32,000 bases of DNA from Candidatus Electronema aureum (GTDB taxonomy: Bacteria > Desulfobacterota > Desulfobulbia > Desulfobulbales > Desulfobulbaceae): the NCBI GenBank assembly GCA_004284765.1, contig NQJD01000016.1:22597-54596 (forward strand). Reading direction: 5' to 3'. This document shows positions 9,102 through 19,560 of the stretch, in pieces; positions within the stretch are counted from its first letter, which is position 1, and every line of letters starts with the position of its first letter. The notes beneath the pieces were generated by a model that saw only the letters and a program-made list of their open reading frames with translations, was not told the origin of the DNA and searched no databases. Made by a program: the position numbers and the translations under genes.

Positions 9102-9137
9102 AAGGAAGACTCTGGGCAGCTTTTTAGGATTTATTTG

Positions 9138-9950
9138 TCACATCAGCAAAATAACGGCCAACCCAAGCACGGCACAGTATCCGGCAAACAAATAGAGTGA
9201 ATGCTTGCTCAGATAAGCGATCAACCAGCGGATGGCAATATAACCAGAAATCATGGCGGTCAAGAAGCCAACCAACAATGGCGGCAAAAATTCGCTGATA
9301 GTATGCAGTGCCAACAAATCTTTGACCGCCAGTACCCCAGCACCGACCATCACCGGCACTGACATGAGGAAGGAGAAGCGGGCCGCAGCGGGCCGGTCAA
9401 GATGCCGGGTCATGCCACCCGCCAAAGTTGCGCCGGAACGAGACAGGCCGGGCAGCAGGGCTATCACTTGCGAAAAACCAATCCAGAGGCTGTCCTGCCA
9501 GTTAAGTTGCTCGATAGAGCGACAGCGACGGCCCGCCTTTTCCGCGATGAGTAGCAAAAGAGCTGTACCAAGGAGAAACACTCCTGTCATTTTGGGATCA
9601 GCGAAAAACTTTTCAATCGAATGCTTACAAAGCAGTCCGACAACCGCTGCCGGGATGGTTGCAAGAATCAAATACCAGCCCATTCGAGCATCCGCATCAG
9701 CAAAAGGCCGCCGCTGGACAAGCCCAAGCAAAAAGGCGCGGGTTATCGCGATCAGTTCTTGGCGAAAATAAACCAGCACCGCGACTAATGTACCCATCTG
9801 CACGAGTACATCAAAGACAAAAGCGTGTTCTTCTGGAAAATGCCATCCAAGGAAGTGGGGTACCAGCACTAAATGCCCGGAGCTGGAAACAGGGATGAAT
9901 TCGGTCAGTCCTTGGACAAGGCCAAGCACCGCCGCTTGCAACAAGGTCAT
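9138..9950 (-). CDS. uppP: undecaprenyl-diphosphate phosphatase
   Basis: The N-terminal GLTEFIPVSSSGHL motif and the PGLSRSGATL motif are typical of BacA/UppP. The protein is polytopic membrane. Confidence 0.9.
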   Translation of the reverse strand: MTLLQAAVLGLVQGLTEFIPVSSSGHLVLVPHFLGWHFPEEHAFVFDVLVQMGTLVAVLVYFRQELIAITRAFLLGLVQRRPFADADARMGWYLILATIPAAVVGLLCKHSIEKFFADPKMTGVFLLGTALLLLIAEKAGRRCRSIEQLNWQDSLWIGFSQVIALLPGLSRSGATLAGGMTRHLDRPAAARFSFLMSVPVMVGAGVLAVKDLLALHTISEFLPPLLVGFLTAMISGYIAIRWLIAYLSKHSLYLFAGYCAVLGLAVILLM

Positions 9951-10130
9951 AGTTTTTCTCCTGAAAAGAATTACCCTACCCGCTGGCAGGAAATGATGCG
10001 GAGCATACCGCTGCTCGTCCTACCGGTCAAGGCGCAATTGCTTGCCGCTATGAAAGGTTGACAGCAAAGGGAGAACTGTGGAAACATTCACTCACGTTCT
10101 GCTGCGGCACTCCTTTTCCTTTCAGCACTC

Positions 10131-11054
10131 ATGCCTGATACTCTCGCGCATTTTGGCGTTCAGATTTTGGCCAGCAAGGTTGTTTTTCGGCAGGCGGATG
10201 TCCGCTGGATCGGCCTCGGCTGTCTGCTGCCTGATTTGCCGTGGATGCTTCAGCGGGCTATCCTGCCCCTTAATCTCTTTAATCCAGTGAACTTGCGCTT
10301 GTATGCGGTCATCCAGTCCAGCCTCTTTTTCTGCCTGCTGCTGGTTGGTGCAATCAGTTTGCAAACCGAACAGAGCCGTCGCATTTTCTTACTCTTAGCA
10401 TGGAATTGCCTGCTTCATTTGCTACTCGACCCGATGGAAATCAAATGGGGCAACGGTACGCTGTTAGCTGCGCCTTTTTCTTGGCAACTAACCAAGTTTG
10501 CTTGGTTCTGGCCTGATGAGCTGCCTTCGCTGCTGTTAGCCGCAGCTGGGTTGCTTCTCTTTCCGGTAGTGGCTTGGCGCGCCCGACGACAGGAAGTTCG
10601 TTTTCTCAAAAGTGGCAAACGGCAGAGTGCAGGTCTGCTGCTCTTGCTGATGTATTTCCTGCTGCCTTTCGGCTTTTTCAGCGGCCCGCTTCAGGCGGAC
10701 AATCATTTTGCCGCCACCTTGCTGGCCCAAAACCGCAGCGGCAGGCTGATCGAATTTGACCGCAGGCCGTACAACGCCGCAGAGCAAAGGTTGCTCTCTT
10801 ATTCTGGCGAAGAACTGCGACTCACCGGTACTAATGGCAGCCTACCCGCGCAGGATGGAACGCTTTCGGTACAGGGCAGATTCATTGATCAGCAGACCAT
10901 CGCAGTTTCCGCTTGGCATCTTCATAGGAGCAGGCGCGATCTTCATTCTAAGGTCGGGATTTTTTTGCTCCTGCTCATCTGGTCGGTTGCACTCTCCGCA
11001 AAACGTATTACTATACAAGATGTTGCCTCATTGCAGCAAGAAACGGTTCTTTGA
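10131..11054 (+). CDS. integral membrane protein of unknown function
   Basis: Several hydrophobic helices, with a soluble C-terminal ~100 aa. There is no clear SD, so the start is uncertain. The N-terminus (MPDTLAHFG) faintly resembles the DUF457/YdjM membrane hydrolase family, but I cannot support that call. Confidence 0.55.
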   Translation: MPDTLAHFGVQILASKVVFRQADVRWIGLGCLLPDLPWMLQRAILPLNLFNPVNLRLYAVIQSSLFFCLLLVGAISLQTEQSRRIFLLLAWNCLLHLLLDPMEIKWGNGTLLAAPFSWQLTKFAWFWPDELPSLLLAAAGLLLFPVVAWRARRQEVRFLKSGKRQSAGLLLLLMYFLLPFGFFSGPLQADNHFAATLLAQNRSGRLIEFDRRPYNAAEQRLLSYSGEELRLTGTNGSLPAQDGTLSVQGRFIDQQTIAVSAWHLHRSRRDLHSKVGIFLLLLIWSVALSAKRITIQDVASLQQETVL

Positions 11055-11085
11055 GCCGATCCCGTCCTTTTAACATTTTATAATT

Positions 11086-11772
11086 ATGACTGTTTTACTT
11101 CGCTGCGCCGCCTTATTCGTGCTGATTTGCACTCCCTCCCTTGCTTCAGCAGCACCAGAACAATCTGCTGCACAAGCCCTGCCCAAAAAGCAGGCGGCAA
11201 CAATGGCCCGGCCTCAAGCGGCCAGAAAATCCCAAGCACCGCCGGTGACAGTCGTCCTACCAGAAGCAGCCCTGTATCAGGCATTGAGTGGTATCCTGCC
11301 GCTGCCGATTGAGCATGACGGTGGCAAGCAATTCCAAGGGATTGTCACTCTTGATTCCATCGACAGCCTGAGCATAGGCAGCGGGCGGATACGGATCAGC
11401 GGCCAGCTCTCAGGTCGTAACATGACCATGAATGCCAATGTTGGCAATCAGGACATCCAAGTGAAGCTGGGCAGCTTGGTGCTGCCGGTCATCTGCGATG
11501 TTGATCTACGCTTTAACTCAGCCCAGCAGCTGCTTTTACTCACCCCTCGTTTTCAGCGGGCAAACCCTGGCAGCAACGATTCTGACGAGGCATTACTGGC
11601 TCTCCTCAATAGTCTGAGCAAGGAATATGAAGTGCCGTTGCACAACGTTATGCCGCTGTCCGGTCAAATCGGCTCCAGCAAGGTACAGTTGCGGATGCTG
11701 CCGCTTGATATCCGGGCAGAAGACGGCGCAGTAACCCTGCGGATGCGGCCTGTGACGAAGAAACACCCCTGA
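11086..11772 (+). CDS. exported hypothetical protein
   Basis: Signal peptide MTVLLRCAALFVLICTPSLASA followed by an Ala/Gln/Pro-rich linker. No motif recognised. Confidence 0.6.
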   Translation: MTVLLRCAALFVLICTPSLASAAPEQSAAQALPKKQAATMARPQAARKSQAPPVTVVLPEAALYQALSGILPLPIEHDGGKQFQGIVTLDSIDSLSIGSGRIRISGQLSGRNMTMNANVGNQDIQVKLGSLVLPVICDVDLRFNSAQQLLLLTPRFQRANPGSNDSDEALLALLNSLSKEYEVPLHNVMPLSGQIGSSKVQLRMLPLDIRAEDGAVTLRMRPVTKKHP

Positions 11773-11943
11773 ATAGTGCAAGCATATATATTAGTTTGAG
11801 AGCGGTCGATACTCAGCAAGTGTCTGATCAACTGAGCCACCATCCTGTTTAGAGATTTATTAACCACTACAACGATTGTATTTTATCACTTACGGTTCAA
11901 CATTACCCGTACCGTGTGATGAATATATCGGCAAGGAGCAGCT

Positions 11944-12906
11944 ATGCAGTTCGTAAAAGAAAAGGCCGGGGTAGTGGTCTGGCAGCAAGGGTCGGGCAAG
12001 GAACCGCTAGTGCTCTTGGTCAGCTCGCGCAAAAACAAGGGCGCGTGGGTTTTTCCAGTAGGCAGCGTAGAGCCGGGCGAGTCCTTGCCCGAAGCTGCTG
12101 CACGGGAATGCCTTGAGGAGTCAGGCTCTTGCGTCAGAATCGGCCCGCATTTAGCGGCAGTTGAAGCTCCTAACGCAGGTGGCATTCACTCGCGCTTTAC
12201 CTTTTATCTGGCTGAAGTCAGCAGTGAAACCGAAACTTGGGAGCAGGACAGAAGCAGAATCTGGGTGCCGCTTTCTGAAGCCATAAGCCTCCTGCCTGAT
12301 ATTTTTAAAGATGTGGCCCGTGAGGCCCAGCAAAGGATAAAGAGCATGAACAACGCAGATGAACGGCAGCGGCTTAAAGAGCTGCTTTTGGCGAAATCTT
12401 ACCGCAAAGGTACTTTCACCCTTACTTCGGGTAAAACCTCGGATTTCTACATTGATGGGAAGCAAACCACCTTGGATGCCGAAGGCGGCTGGCTCTGCGG
12501 TCGGCTGCTTTTTGAACTCATCCGACAAGCTCCACAGCCGATCAGCGGCGTGGGCGGCATGACTCTCGGTGCTGATCCGTTAGTGACGGCGGTATCCATT
12601 GCCAGTTATCTCGCAGGCAATCCGATTCCCGCCTTCATTGTTCGCAAAGAGGCCAAAGGGCACGGTACCGGCAATTATTTAGAAGGAAAGAATAATCTTC
12701 ATCCCGGCTGCTCTGTGGCTCTGTTGGAGGACGTAGTCACGACCGGCGGCACTTTGCTCAAGGTGATTGAGCGGGTGGAGAAGGAGGGTTTTCGGGTGGG
12801 AATGGTATTGACCGTGATCGACCGCGATGAAGGCGGTGCAGAGGTGCTGGCCCAAGCAGGCTATCCGCTGCATAGCGTGTTCACCCGAACACAGCTCATC
12901 GGCTGA
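11944..12906 (+). CDS. pyrE: Nudix hydrolase fused to orotate phosphoribosyltransferase
   Basis: AAGGAG RBS upstream. The N-terminal ~135 aa carry a full Nudix box, GSVEPGESLPEAAARECLEESGS. The C-terminal ~180 aa is PyrE-like (FTLTSGKTSDFYIDG, FIVRKEAKGHGT, PRPP loop VALLEDVVTTGGTLL). Confidence 0.8.
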   Translation: MQFVKEKAGVVVWQQGSGKEPLVLLVSSRKNKGAWVFPVGSVEPGESLPEAAARECLEESGSCVRIGPHLAAVEAPNAGGIHSRFTFYLAEVSSETETWEQDRSRIWVPLSEAISLLPDIFKDVAREAQQRIKSMNNADERQRLKELLLAKSYRKGTFTLTSGKTSDFYIDGKQTTLDAEGGWLCGRLLFELIRQAPQPISGVGGMTLGADPLVTAVSIASYLAGNPIPAFIVRKEAKGHGTGNYLEGKNNLHPGCSVALLEDVVTTGGTLLKVIERVEKEGFRVGMVLTVIDRDEGGAEVLAQAGYPLHSVFTRTQLIG

Positions 12907-12914
12907 GGTACGCC

Positions 12915-13085
12915 ATGCAGTGCCGACAATGCGGACAGAAACTGGAGGTTGTGCGGCGGTGCAAGCAAGTCCGCCTTCGCTGCGAGAGCTGCGGCAGGGA
13001 ATATCGAATTCAAGAGGTTTCAGCGGACTTAGATGCGGAAATCGAAAAGCAGCTGGAGCGGCATCCCTGCATTATTTATGACTAA
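12915..13085 (+). CDS. small zinc-ribbon protein (56 aa, two CxxC pairs); below the ORF-track size cut-off
   Basis: MQCRQCGQKLEVVRRCKQVRLRCESCGREYRIQEV... has ATG at 12915 with GAGG 6 nt upstream, 8 nt after the pyrE stop, and ends just before the shared terminator hairpin. The overlapping 84-aa track ORF (12827..13081) has no such features. Confidence 0.5.
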   Translation: MQCRQCGQKLEVVRRCKQVRLRCESCGREYRIQEVSADLDAEIEKQLERHPCIIYD

Positions 13086-13097
13086 ATAAGTTAAAAC

Positions 13098-13130
13098 CAA
13101 CTCACTCGACGCAAGCAGTGGAGTGAGTTG
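13098..13130. terminator. stem-loop between convergent genes (putative bidirectional terminator)
   Basis: CAACTCACTC (13098-13107) pairs with GAGTGAGTTG (13121-13130), a 10-bp stem with a 13-nt loop. It sits between the small zinc-ribbon ORF stop and the dprA stop. There is no strong U-tract. Confidence 0.4.
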
Positions 13131-13132
13131 CT

Positions 13133-14266
13133 TCATGTTCGTTCATATTGTTGGCCGGGCAACTGACGGATCAACCCTTTTAGCTCCAAGCCCAACAACA
13201 GGCCGTGCAGATCGCTGACCGGTAGCTTGCTTTTTTCTGTTAGCTCCTCAATATCCGCTGGACTGGGGTCGTCTATCAAGGTCAGTAGCTCTTTTTCCGA
13301 CGCAGAAAGCTCTTCCGCCATTGGTACCGCTTCATCGTGTTTCTCCCCGTTCAAAGTCACCGCAGGTAGTTCCATCAGTATATCATCAACCGAATGAATA
13401 AGATACGCTCCTTGTTGAATCAAGCGGTGTACGCCCTCACTTTGCAGAGAGTCAATTCTGCCGGGCACAGCAAAAACTTCCCGGTTTTGCTCCAAGGCCA
13501 TTCGCGCCGTGATCAGCGAACCAGAACGAGCCGCCGCCTCCACAATCACCACACCTAATGACAGGCCGCTGATGATTCGGTTGCGAGCAGGAAAACGGAA
13601 GCCCTCTGGCTGAGTGCCGAGCGAATATTCACTGACTATAAGACCTTGCGCGGCAACCTGTTCGTAGAGGCGGTTGTGAAAACGGGGATAAATTACATCA
13701 ACACCACAGCCCAAGACAGCAATGGTTCTCCCACCGGCAGCTAATGCGCCCGCATGGGCCTGACCGTCAATGCCGTCAGCTAAACCGCTGACTACGGCAC
13801 AACCAGCCTCTGTCAGTTGTCGCGCCAGCAAAAAGCTCACTTTGCGTCCGTAACCAGTGGCGGAGCGAGAGCCAACAAGGGCAACAGTAGGTAGCTGAAA
13901 ACAGGAAAAATCGCCCCGGCACCAAAGCAGCACAGGCGGATCAGGAATGGTTTGTAGCAGGGAAGGATAAAGGGATAAATCGTTGCAGCAAAGCAGCTGC
14001 ACACCAATTTTTGCGGCCCGTTCCTGCTCTTGCGCGGCCCATGAACGAGCCTGAGCAAGAGCGGTCGGATTGTCGAAAACTGCGGCTAACCGAGGGCCGA
14101 TACCCTCCACTTGGGATACTGCTCGGCCAGCATTCAGCACTGCCTGTGGAGTACCAAAAACGGCTACCAGCCGGTGGATCAGAGTACAGCCCAAGCCCGG
14201 CAGAGCAGCAAGAGCTAACCAATCCCTGATCGAGTCAGGCCCAGCCATCAGGCAGCAATAGGTCAA
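13133..14266 (-). CDS. dprA: DNA-processing protein DprA (Smf)
   Basis: [39 protein letters not shown] and [12 protein letters not shown] motifs. The TTG at 14266 overlaps the rpoD stop; an alternative ATG start is at 14248. Confidence 0.85.
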   Translation of the reverse strand: MTYCCLMAGPDSIRDWLALAALPGLGCTLIHRLVAVFGTPQAVLNAGRAVSQVEGIGPRLAAVFDNPTALAQARSWAAQEQERAAKIGVQLLCCNDLSLYPSLLQTIPDPPVLLWCRGDFSCFQLPTVALVGSRSATGYGRKVSFLLARQLTEAGCAVVSGLADGIDGQAHAGALAAGGRTIAVLGCGVDVIYPRFHNRLYEQVAAQGLIVSEYSLGTQPEGFRFPARNRIISGLSLGVVIVEAAARSGSLITARMALEQNREVFAVPGRIDSLQSEGVHRLIQQGAYLIHSVDDILMELPAVTLNGEKHDEAVPMAEELSASEKELLTLIDDPSPADIEELTEKSKLPVSDLHGLLLGLELKGLIRQLPGQQYERT

Positions 14267-15795
14267 TCATGCACAAACGGCTCCAAATAGCGACTGCGGT
14301 TGGGATGCCGTAACTTCTTGATCGCCTGAGACTCAATTTGCCGAATGCGTTCTCGTGTTACGGAGAAGCACTGACCTACTTCCTCTAAGGTATGATCACA
14401 GGCCACTTCGATGCCGTAACGCAACCGTAACACCTGCGCCTCGCGTTCAGTCAGCTCGTCCATCACCTTAGACAAGCAACGCTTGAGGCTTTCGGTGATG
14501 GAACTTTCTTGAGGATCAGGATTAACCTCATCAATGATGAAATCACTGAGCAAGGTGTCTTCTTCATCGCCGACAGGTGCATCTAAAGATATTGCATCTC
14601 TGGCCGTTTTGAGTGCGGCATGGACATATTCAACATCAGTGTCCAATTGCTCGGCCAGCTCTTCCGGGGTGGGTTCGCGGCTTTCAGTGCGCTGAAATTC
14701 CCGAGTAAAACGCAGCATCCGGTTGATGGCTTCGATCATATGCACAGGCAAACGGATTGTTCGACCTTGATCGGCAATGCCCCGGTTGATTGACTGCCGA
14801 ATCCACCATGTGGCATAAGTGGAAAATTTGTAGCCCCGGTTGTAGTCGTATTTCTCCACCGCTTTCATCAGACCGATGTTGCCTTCCTGAATCAGGTCGG
14901 CCAGCATCATGCCTCGATTGAGGAACTTCTTGGAGATGGAAATCACTAAGCGCAGATTGGCCCGCACTAATGATTCCTTAGCTTGTTTCGCAGTAAGACG
15001 GCCTATCTTTACTTCGGTGAAGAGAGCGTTGAAGCTGCGGCAATCCATGCCCACAGTTTCCGCCAGATCAAAGCTAATTTGTCGTTCTAACTCGTCAATA
15101 TCCGCTGGATGCTCACCTGCCTTCGCAGCCAACAGCACCTCGCGTCTGGCTCTGATCCGCACTTCACGGAACTTTTCGCTAAATTCCTCCACCGCCTTAA
15201 CTACCGGCAGCAGGCTCCTAAAGCTCACTCGCCACTGTCGGAACAGAGCAGCGATTTCTAAACCAAGATGACGAATGCCGTCAGCCAGCCGTTCCTCGTC
15301 TTCAGGAATACCGAGCTTTTCGTGCAGCTGCCGGAACAACCCAGATCGCTGCTGATTTAACCGATTCGCCCGCTCAACTGCCTCAATGAAGGCTTCCCTG
15401 ATGACAGCCAGTCCATTGTCGTCATTCTCTGACACCCCGTTGAGAACGGAGCCGACGCGCAGATTGCCTTGAAGTAGTCCGTTTTTCAAACTATTCAGGG
15501 TTTCTAACCCCAGCGTTAACTGGAAGATAGCATTCTGTACCCTTGCCTCGCCTTCTTCAATTTTTTTGGCCAGCTCAATTTCCTCATGATAACTGAGCAA
15601 GTCCAACTCGCCCATCTCCCGAAGGTAGATGTTCATTGGGTCAGCACCAAATTCGTCCTGACTCGGCCTTTCTTCCTCATGCGCGCTGCTCTCGCAGCTC
15701 TGTTCATCCTCGGACACTTCTGCATCCGGGCTGTGCGCTGTATCTTCTTCGTCTTCATAACTTTTTTCTGAAGACAACTCTAACTGGTTCTTCAC
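14263..15795 (-). CDS. rpoD: primary RNA polymerase sigma factor (sigma-70)
   Basis: Region 1.2 YLREMG, region 2 [34 protein letters not shown], and region 4 [22 protein letters not shown] start with GGAGGAGG 8 nt upstream. Confidence 0.95.
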   Translation of the reverse strand: MKNQLELSSEKSYEDEEDTAHSPDAEVSEDEQSCESSAHEEERPSQDEFGADPMNIYLREMGELDLLSYHEEIELAKKIEEGEARVQNAIFQLTLGLETLNSLKNGLLQGNLRVGSVLNGVSENDDNGLAVIREAFIEAVERANRLNQQRSGLFRQLHEKLGIPEDEERLADGIRHLGLEIAALFRQWRVSFRSLLPVVKAVEEFSEKFREVRIRARREVLLAAKAGEHPADIDELERQISFDLAETVGMDCRSFNALFTEVKIGRLTAKQAKESLVRANLRLVISISKKFLNRGMMLADLIQEGNIGLMKAVEKYDYNRGYKFSTYATWWIRQSINRGIADQGRTIRLPVHMIEAINRMLRFTREFQRTESREPTPEELAEQLDTDVEYVHAALKTARDAISLDAPVGDEEDTLLSDFIIDEVNPDPQESSITESLKRCLSKVMDELTEREAQVLRLRYGIEVACDHTLEEVGQCFSVTRERIRQIESQAIKKLRHPNRSRYLEPFVHD

Positions 15796-16177
15796 GCAGA
15801 TACCTCCTCCGTACCGTTAAAAAACACAGCTTTTCGACAGAATCCGCCGATTCTGCTTTTCCTGCTGCCCCTTTCCGCGTTCTTTTATCTCCTCTGCCAG
15901 CCGTTCAGCGTCTCAACCTCTGTGGTATCTACCACACCGCTGTCCGACCTTTCCTAACTACTGTCAGAGTCCCACTGAAAAACCGTTCAGTTTCGCCACG
16001 CTGCCGATTTTTTCAGCTTTGGCATATAACCCCTGCGCTGTAATGTACAACTTTTTGCACATTATGTACAGAATTTTCTACACCACGCTGTGGTTTTTTT
16101 GTTCAGCTGGCCTAATAACTTGTTAGGAACAAATCTTAACAAGGAAACAGATTATCATTTTCTCAATTTATTGCAAT

Positions 16178-17998
16178 TTATTTTTCTGACCTTATTATAT
16201 AAATTTTCTGAAGCAGCTCCTGTATTAACCCGTCATCTCCGTTCTGAATAGCCCGCTGGAGTAGTTGCTGGAGTTCGGCTCCGTCCTGCTGTTTTTGGGC
16301 TTTGCGGAGCCAAGCGAGCAACTCGCCGCAGAGTGCTTGGCCTTGCTCTTCGTCGTTCCCTGCTACATCGTCAGAACCTTGACGAAGCAAATCAGCAACG
16401 TGCTGCCGCTCCTGACTACCGGACAACACCGAAAGCAGCAGCTCCGGCATAAACGATCCCTCAGCAGTCAATTGCTGCATAGCTGCGACTACAGTTTGCA
16501 CGGTTGGTACGCAGCCGCGCACGTAATCCAGCAAGCCACCCTGAATCAGCTCGTTGAAATGCTCTGGGTACAGCACCAAAAAACTGAGCAACCGCTGCTG
16601 CTTGGGTGGAAGAGGAACAAAGGTTTCGTGGATAGGCTCATGGTCGAAGACCGGCATATCTTCCGGCAACGGCGGTAATTCCTGCACTTCCGCTTTGGCC
16701 TGTGGTAGAGGAGTACCGGGCAGTAGCTGGCCCAATGAAACTCCTAATTTGCTTCCAAAATGCGCGGCTATCAGCTCGCGTTGGGCCTGATCAGGTGACT
16801 GTTTGACTAAATCAGTCAGCTCGGCCATGATTTTACTTTTGCCAGAGAGCGTGAGGCCATGTTCTTGTGCCAAAGCAGAAAAAACGAATTCCGGCAGTGG
16901 CGCGGCAGTATTTACCAGCTCTTGAATACCTGCCGCTCCTTTTTCCCGCACCAAAGAATCTGGGTCGTGGCCTTGCGGGAGTAGAGCTACTTTAGCCTCT
17001 AACTGCTCGTTGAGAAAGAAAGGAATGGAGCGGCGGGCGGCCTTCAAGCCAGCAGAATCGCCATCAAAAAGCAGCACCACTTCGCTGCAATAACTGCGCA
17101 ACGTGCGAACATGCTCTTTGGTCAATGCGGTACCTAACGGCGCAACCGCATTACTGATGCCATGTACCGCCAGCAAAAGTAGGTCAAAATTGCCTTCAAC
17201 CACGATAGCCCGGCGACTTTTGCGGATGGCTTCCCGATGCTGATGCAGGCCAAAGAGAATGCGGCTTTTTTCAAAGATCAGGCTTTCCGGCGAATTCATG
17301 TACTTAGGCTGGCCCTCGCCAAGTATTCTGCCCCCGAATGCTGCGGTTTTACCGCTCAGATCAAGGATGGGAAACATTACTCGGTCGCGGAAGCGGTCAT
17401 ACCAGCGATTTTTGTCTTTTCGCACGATCAGCCCGGATTGTTCCACCAGCTCTGCCGGAAACTTAACTATCAGCTGCGAGGTAATAAAATCCCATTGCGC
17501 TGGGGCATAACCGAGCTGATATTGCTCAACGAAGTCTGGGGGCACTCCCCGCTGGCGTAGATACTGCCGGGCCGCCTCGGCTTGCGGTGCTTTGAGCAGG
17601 TATTCATGAAAAAGTTGGGCCGCCGCCTCGTTGACTTGATGCAGCAATTCTCGCTGCCGCCGCCGTTCCTGTTCCGCCTCGTTCAGCTTGCGCTCAGGCA
17701 GACTGATCTGATAGCGGCGAGCTAAATCTTTCAATGCTTCGGGAAAACTCAAATTCTGATATTTCATCAGAAAGTCGAAAACGTCCCCGCTCTCACCGCA
17801 GCCGAAGCACTTAAAAAACTGAAACTGCCCTTGAGGATTGACAGAAAACGAAGGTGTTTTTTCGCCATGAAAAGGACAGAGGCCACTAAATCGGTTGCCT
17901 GCCCTCTTCAGCTGGACATGCTCACCGATTATTTGCACGATGTCGGCGGCCTCGCGTACCCGGTTTATCGCCTCATCCCAGGAGTCGCTGAATGTCAT
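16178..17998 (-). CDS. dnaG: DNA primase
   Basis: Zinc finger CPFHGEKTPSFSVNP..FKCFGCGESGD, followed by RNA polymerase and TOPRIM regions (VVEGNFDLL, LLFDGDSAG). I place the start at ATG 17998 (MTFSDSWDEAINRV...), not the TTG at 18085 in the track. Confidence 0.9.
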   Translation of the reverse strand: MTFSDSWDEAINRVREAADIVQIIGEHVQLKRAGNRFSGLCPFHGEKTPSFSVNPQGQFQFFKCFGCGESGDVFDFLMKYQNLSFPEALKDLARRYQISLPERKLNEAEQERRRQRELLHQVNEAAAQLFHEYLLKAPQAEAARQYLRQRGVPPDFVEQYQLGYAPAQWDFITSQLIVKFPAELVEQSGLIVRKDKNRWYDRFRDRVMFPILDLSGKTAAFGGRILGEGQPKYMNSPESLIFEKSRILFGLHQHREAIRKSRRAIVVEGNFDLLLLAVHGISNAVAPLGTALTKEHVRTLRSYCSEVVLLFDGDSAGLKAARRSIPFFLNEQLEAKVALLPQGHDPDSLVREKGAAGIQELVNTAAPLPEFVFSALAQEHGLTLSGKSKIMAELTDLVKQSPDQAQRELIAAHFGSKLGVSLGQLLPGTPLPQAKAEVQELPPLPEDMPVFDHEPIHETFVPLPPKQQRLLSFLVLYPEHFNELIQGGLLDYVRGCVPTVQTVVAAMQQLTAEGSFMPELLLSVLSGSQERQHVADLLRQGSDDVAGNDEEQGQALCGELLAWLRKAQKQQDGAELQQLLQRAIQNGDDGLIQELLQKIYIIRSEK

Positions 17999-18306
17999 GA
18001 TTTTCCCAACTAAGTTCTGCCAATCTGGTACATTATTCAGAGCCGAGGTTAAGTCATACACCACAAACGACTGAATATCAATCAAATTCCATCGGAAAGT
18101 AAAAGTTTTCTCGCGGTCAGGATGAGATTCACGTAAAATCAGAAAGATAAACTACTCAAACGACGGTTGCCCCCGGATGTAATATCTTGCTTTTTTCTCT
18201 TCTCCTCGCCTCCATTCGTCTTGCCTTGCACGCCCTTCATGCAGTACATTCTTGCTATTCTGCTAAAATAAACTCCGGCTGTTTAAACTGAGCCATCTGC
18301 CCTGCA

Positions 18307-19221
18307 ATGGAATACTTTCTTCAAAATTTGATCAACGCCCTCCAGTGGGGCAGCTTCTATGCCGTTATTTCCATTGGCTACTCGATGGTTTATGGTGTGC
18401 TGATGCTATTCAACTTCGCGCACGGCGATATCTTCATGACTGGCACGTACATTGGCTTCGGTATTGCCACGCTGCTGCTGGCTCTGTGCGGCACAGTCAT
18501 GCCGGGCTGGGTGATTTTCCTGCTCACCGTGCTGATCACCATGTTTCTTACCGCGTGGCTCGGTGTTTTGGTTGAAGTAGTGGGTTATCGGCCTCTGCGC
18601 CATGCGCCGCGAGCCTCTGCCGCCATCACTGGCCTGATGATCGGCATCATCTTGGAGACCAGCAACCTGATCATTCTTGGCACTAAGCGCCTGAGTTTCC
18701 CAGCCCTGATCGAATCAACAACGTGGCATGTCGGCGGGGTTTATTTGACCAATGTCAAGGTGCTGATCATCGCGGTTTCGCTCATGTTAATGCTCGGACT
18801 ACACACCTTCATTCAGAAAAGCCGCTGGGGTATGGCGATGCGAGCGATGTCCTATGAATTCCACGCCGTGCCGCTAATGGGCATTTCGGTCAATGTGTTG
18901 GCCCCGCTGACCTTTGCCATTGGCGCAGGGTTAGCTTCGGTGGCCGGCATTCTGTACGGTCAGGCCTATCCGGTGCTTGATCCGCACATGGGCGTTTTGC
19001 TCGGCTGGAAGGCGTTTGTGGCCGCCATTCTCGGCGGACGCGGTTCAATTATGGGCGCGGCTTTGGCTGGGTATTTGCTCGGCGCGATTGAGATATTTAC
19101 CGCAATGGTCTTTCCCTCCACCTTCCGCGATTTGATTGCGTATTCGATCATTCTGGTGATCTTAACCTTTCGGCCACGTGGCTTTTTCGGCATGGCGCAC
19201 AGCACGCAGCTCAGGCTCTAA
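18307..19221 (+). CDS. livH: branched-chain amino-acid (HAAT family) ABC transporter permease, LivH-like
   Basis: N-terminus FLQNLINALQWGSFYAVISIGYSMVYGVLMLFNFAHGD, then AMRAMS... and GGRGSIMGAALAG, typical of LivH/BraD. Confidence 0.85.
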   Translation: MEYFLQNLINALQWGSFYAVISIGYSMVYGVLMLFNFAHGDIFMTGTYIGFGIATLLLALCGTVMPGWVIFLLTVLITMFLTAWLGVLVEVVGYRPLRHAPRASAAITGLMIGIILETSNLIILGTKRLSFPALIESTTWHVGGVYLTNVKVLIIAVSLMLMLGLHTFIQKSRWGMAMRAMSYEFHAVPLMGISVNVLAPLTFAIGAGLASVAGILYGQAYPVLDPHMGVLLGWKAFVAAILGGRGSIMGAALAGYLLGAIEIFTAMVFPSTFRDLIAYSIILVILTFRPRGFFGMAHSTQLRL

Positions 19222-19560
19222 GGAGAACACCTGTAGCGGATGCGACCATGATCACGGTACAGCCAGACAATCGGCAGCAGTCTTTTTTTTGCGCAGACCT
19301 TGCTGGGGCAAAAGGTTCCGGCGGCACGGTGCGAGTAAGAGGAAACAGTGCGGCGGCTGAATGTCCAGTAGGGAATGTGCTTTGATCTCTTCTGGATTTC
19401 AGCAGCGGCAGGGTGTAGGAATCCTTTCGTTCTGGCAGCTATCAGCGATTTTTGGGATTCTCTCGGCGATCTTTTCGGAGTGCGAGGGGATGATTTAACC
19501 TATTCAGGCCGTGTAGAGGTAAATTTAGCAAGTATTTTGACTTAGTCAACCGGAGGAATC

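Noticed and set aside
17999-18085. N-terminal extension of the dnaG ORF (TTG 18085) and its NNVPDWQNLVGKI similarity to NFPDWNNLIDKYI at the start of the 229-aa orphan
   Set aside because: DnaG homology begins at the ATG at 17998. The extension has no RBS and a TTG start. The resemblance is a short peptide match with weak DNA identity, most likely chance. A BLAST of both segments could confirm this.
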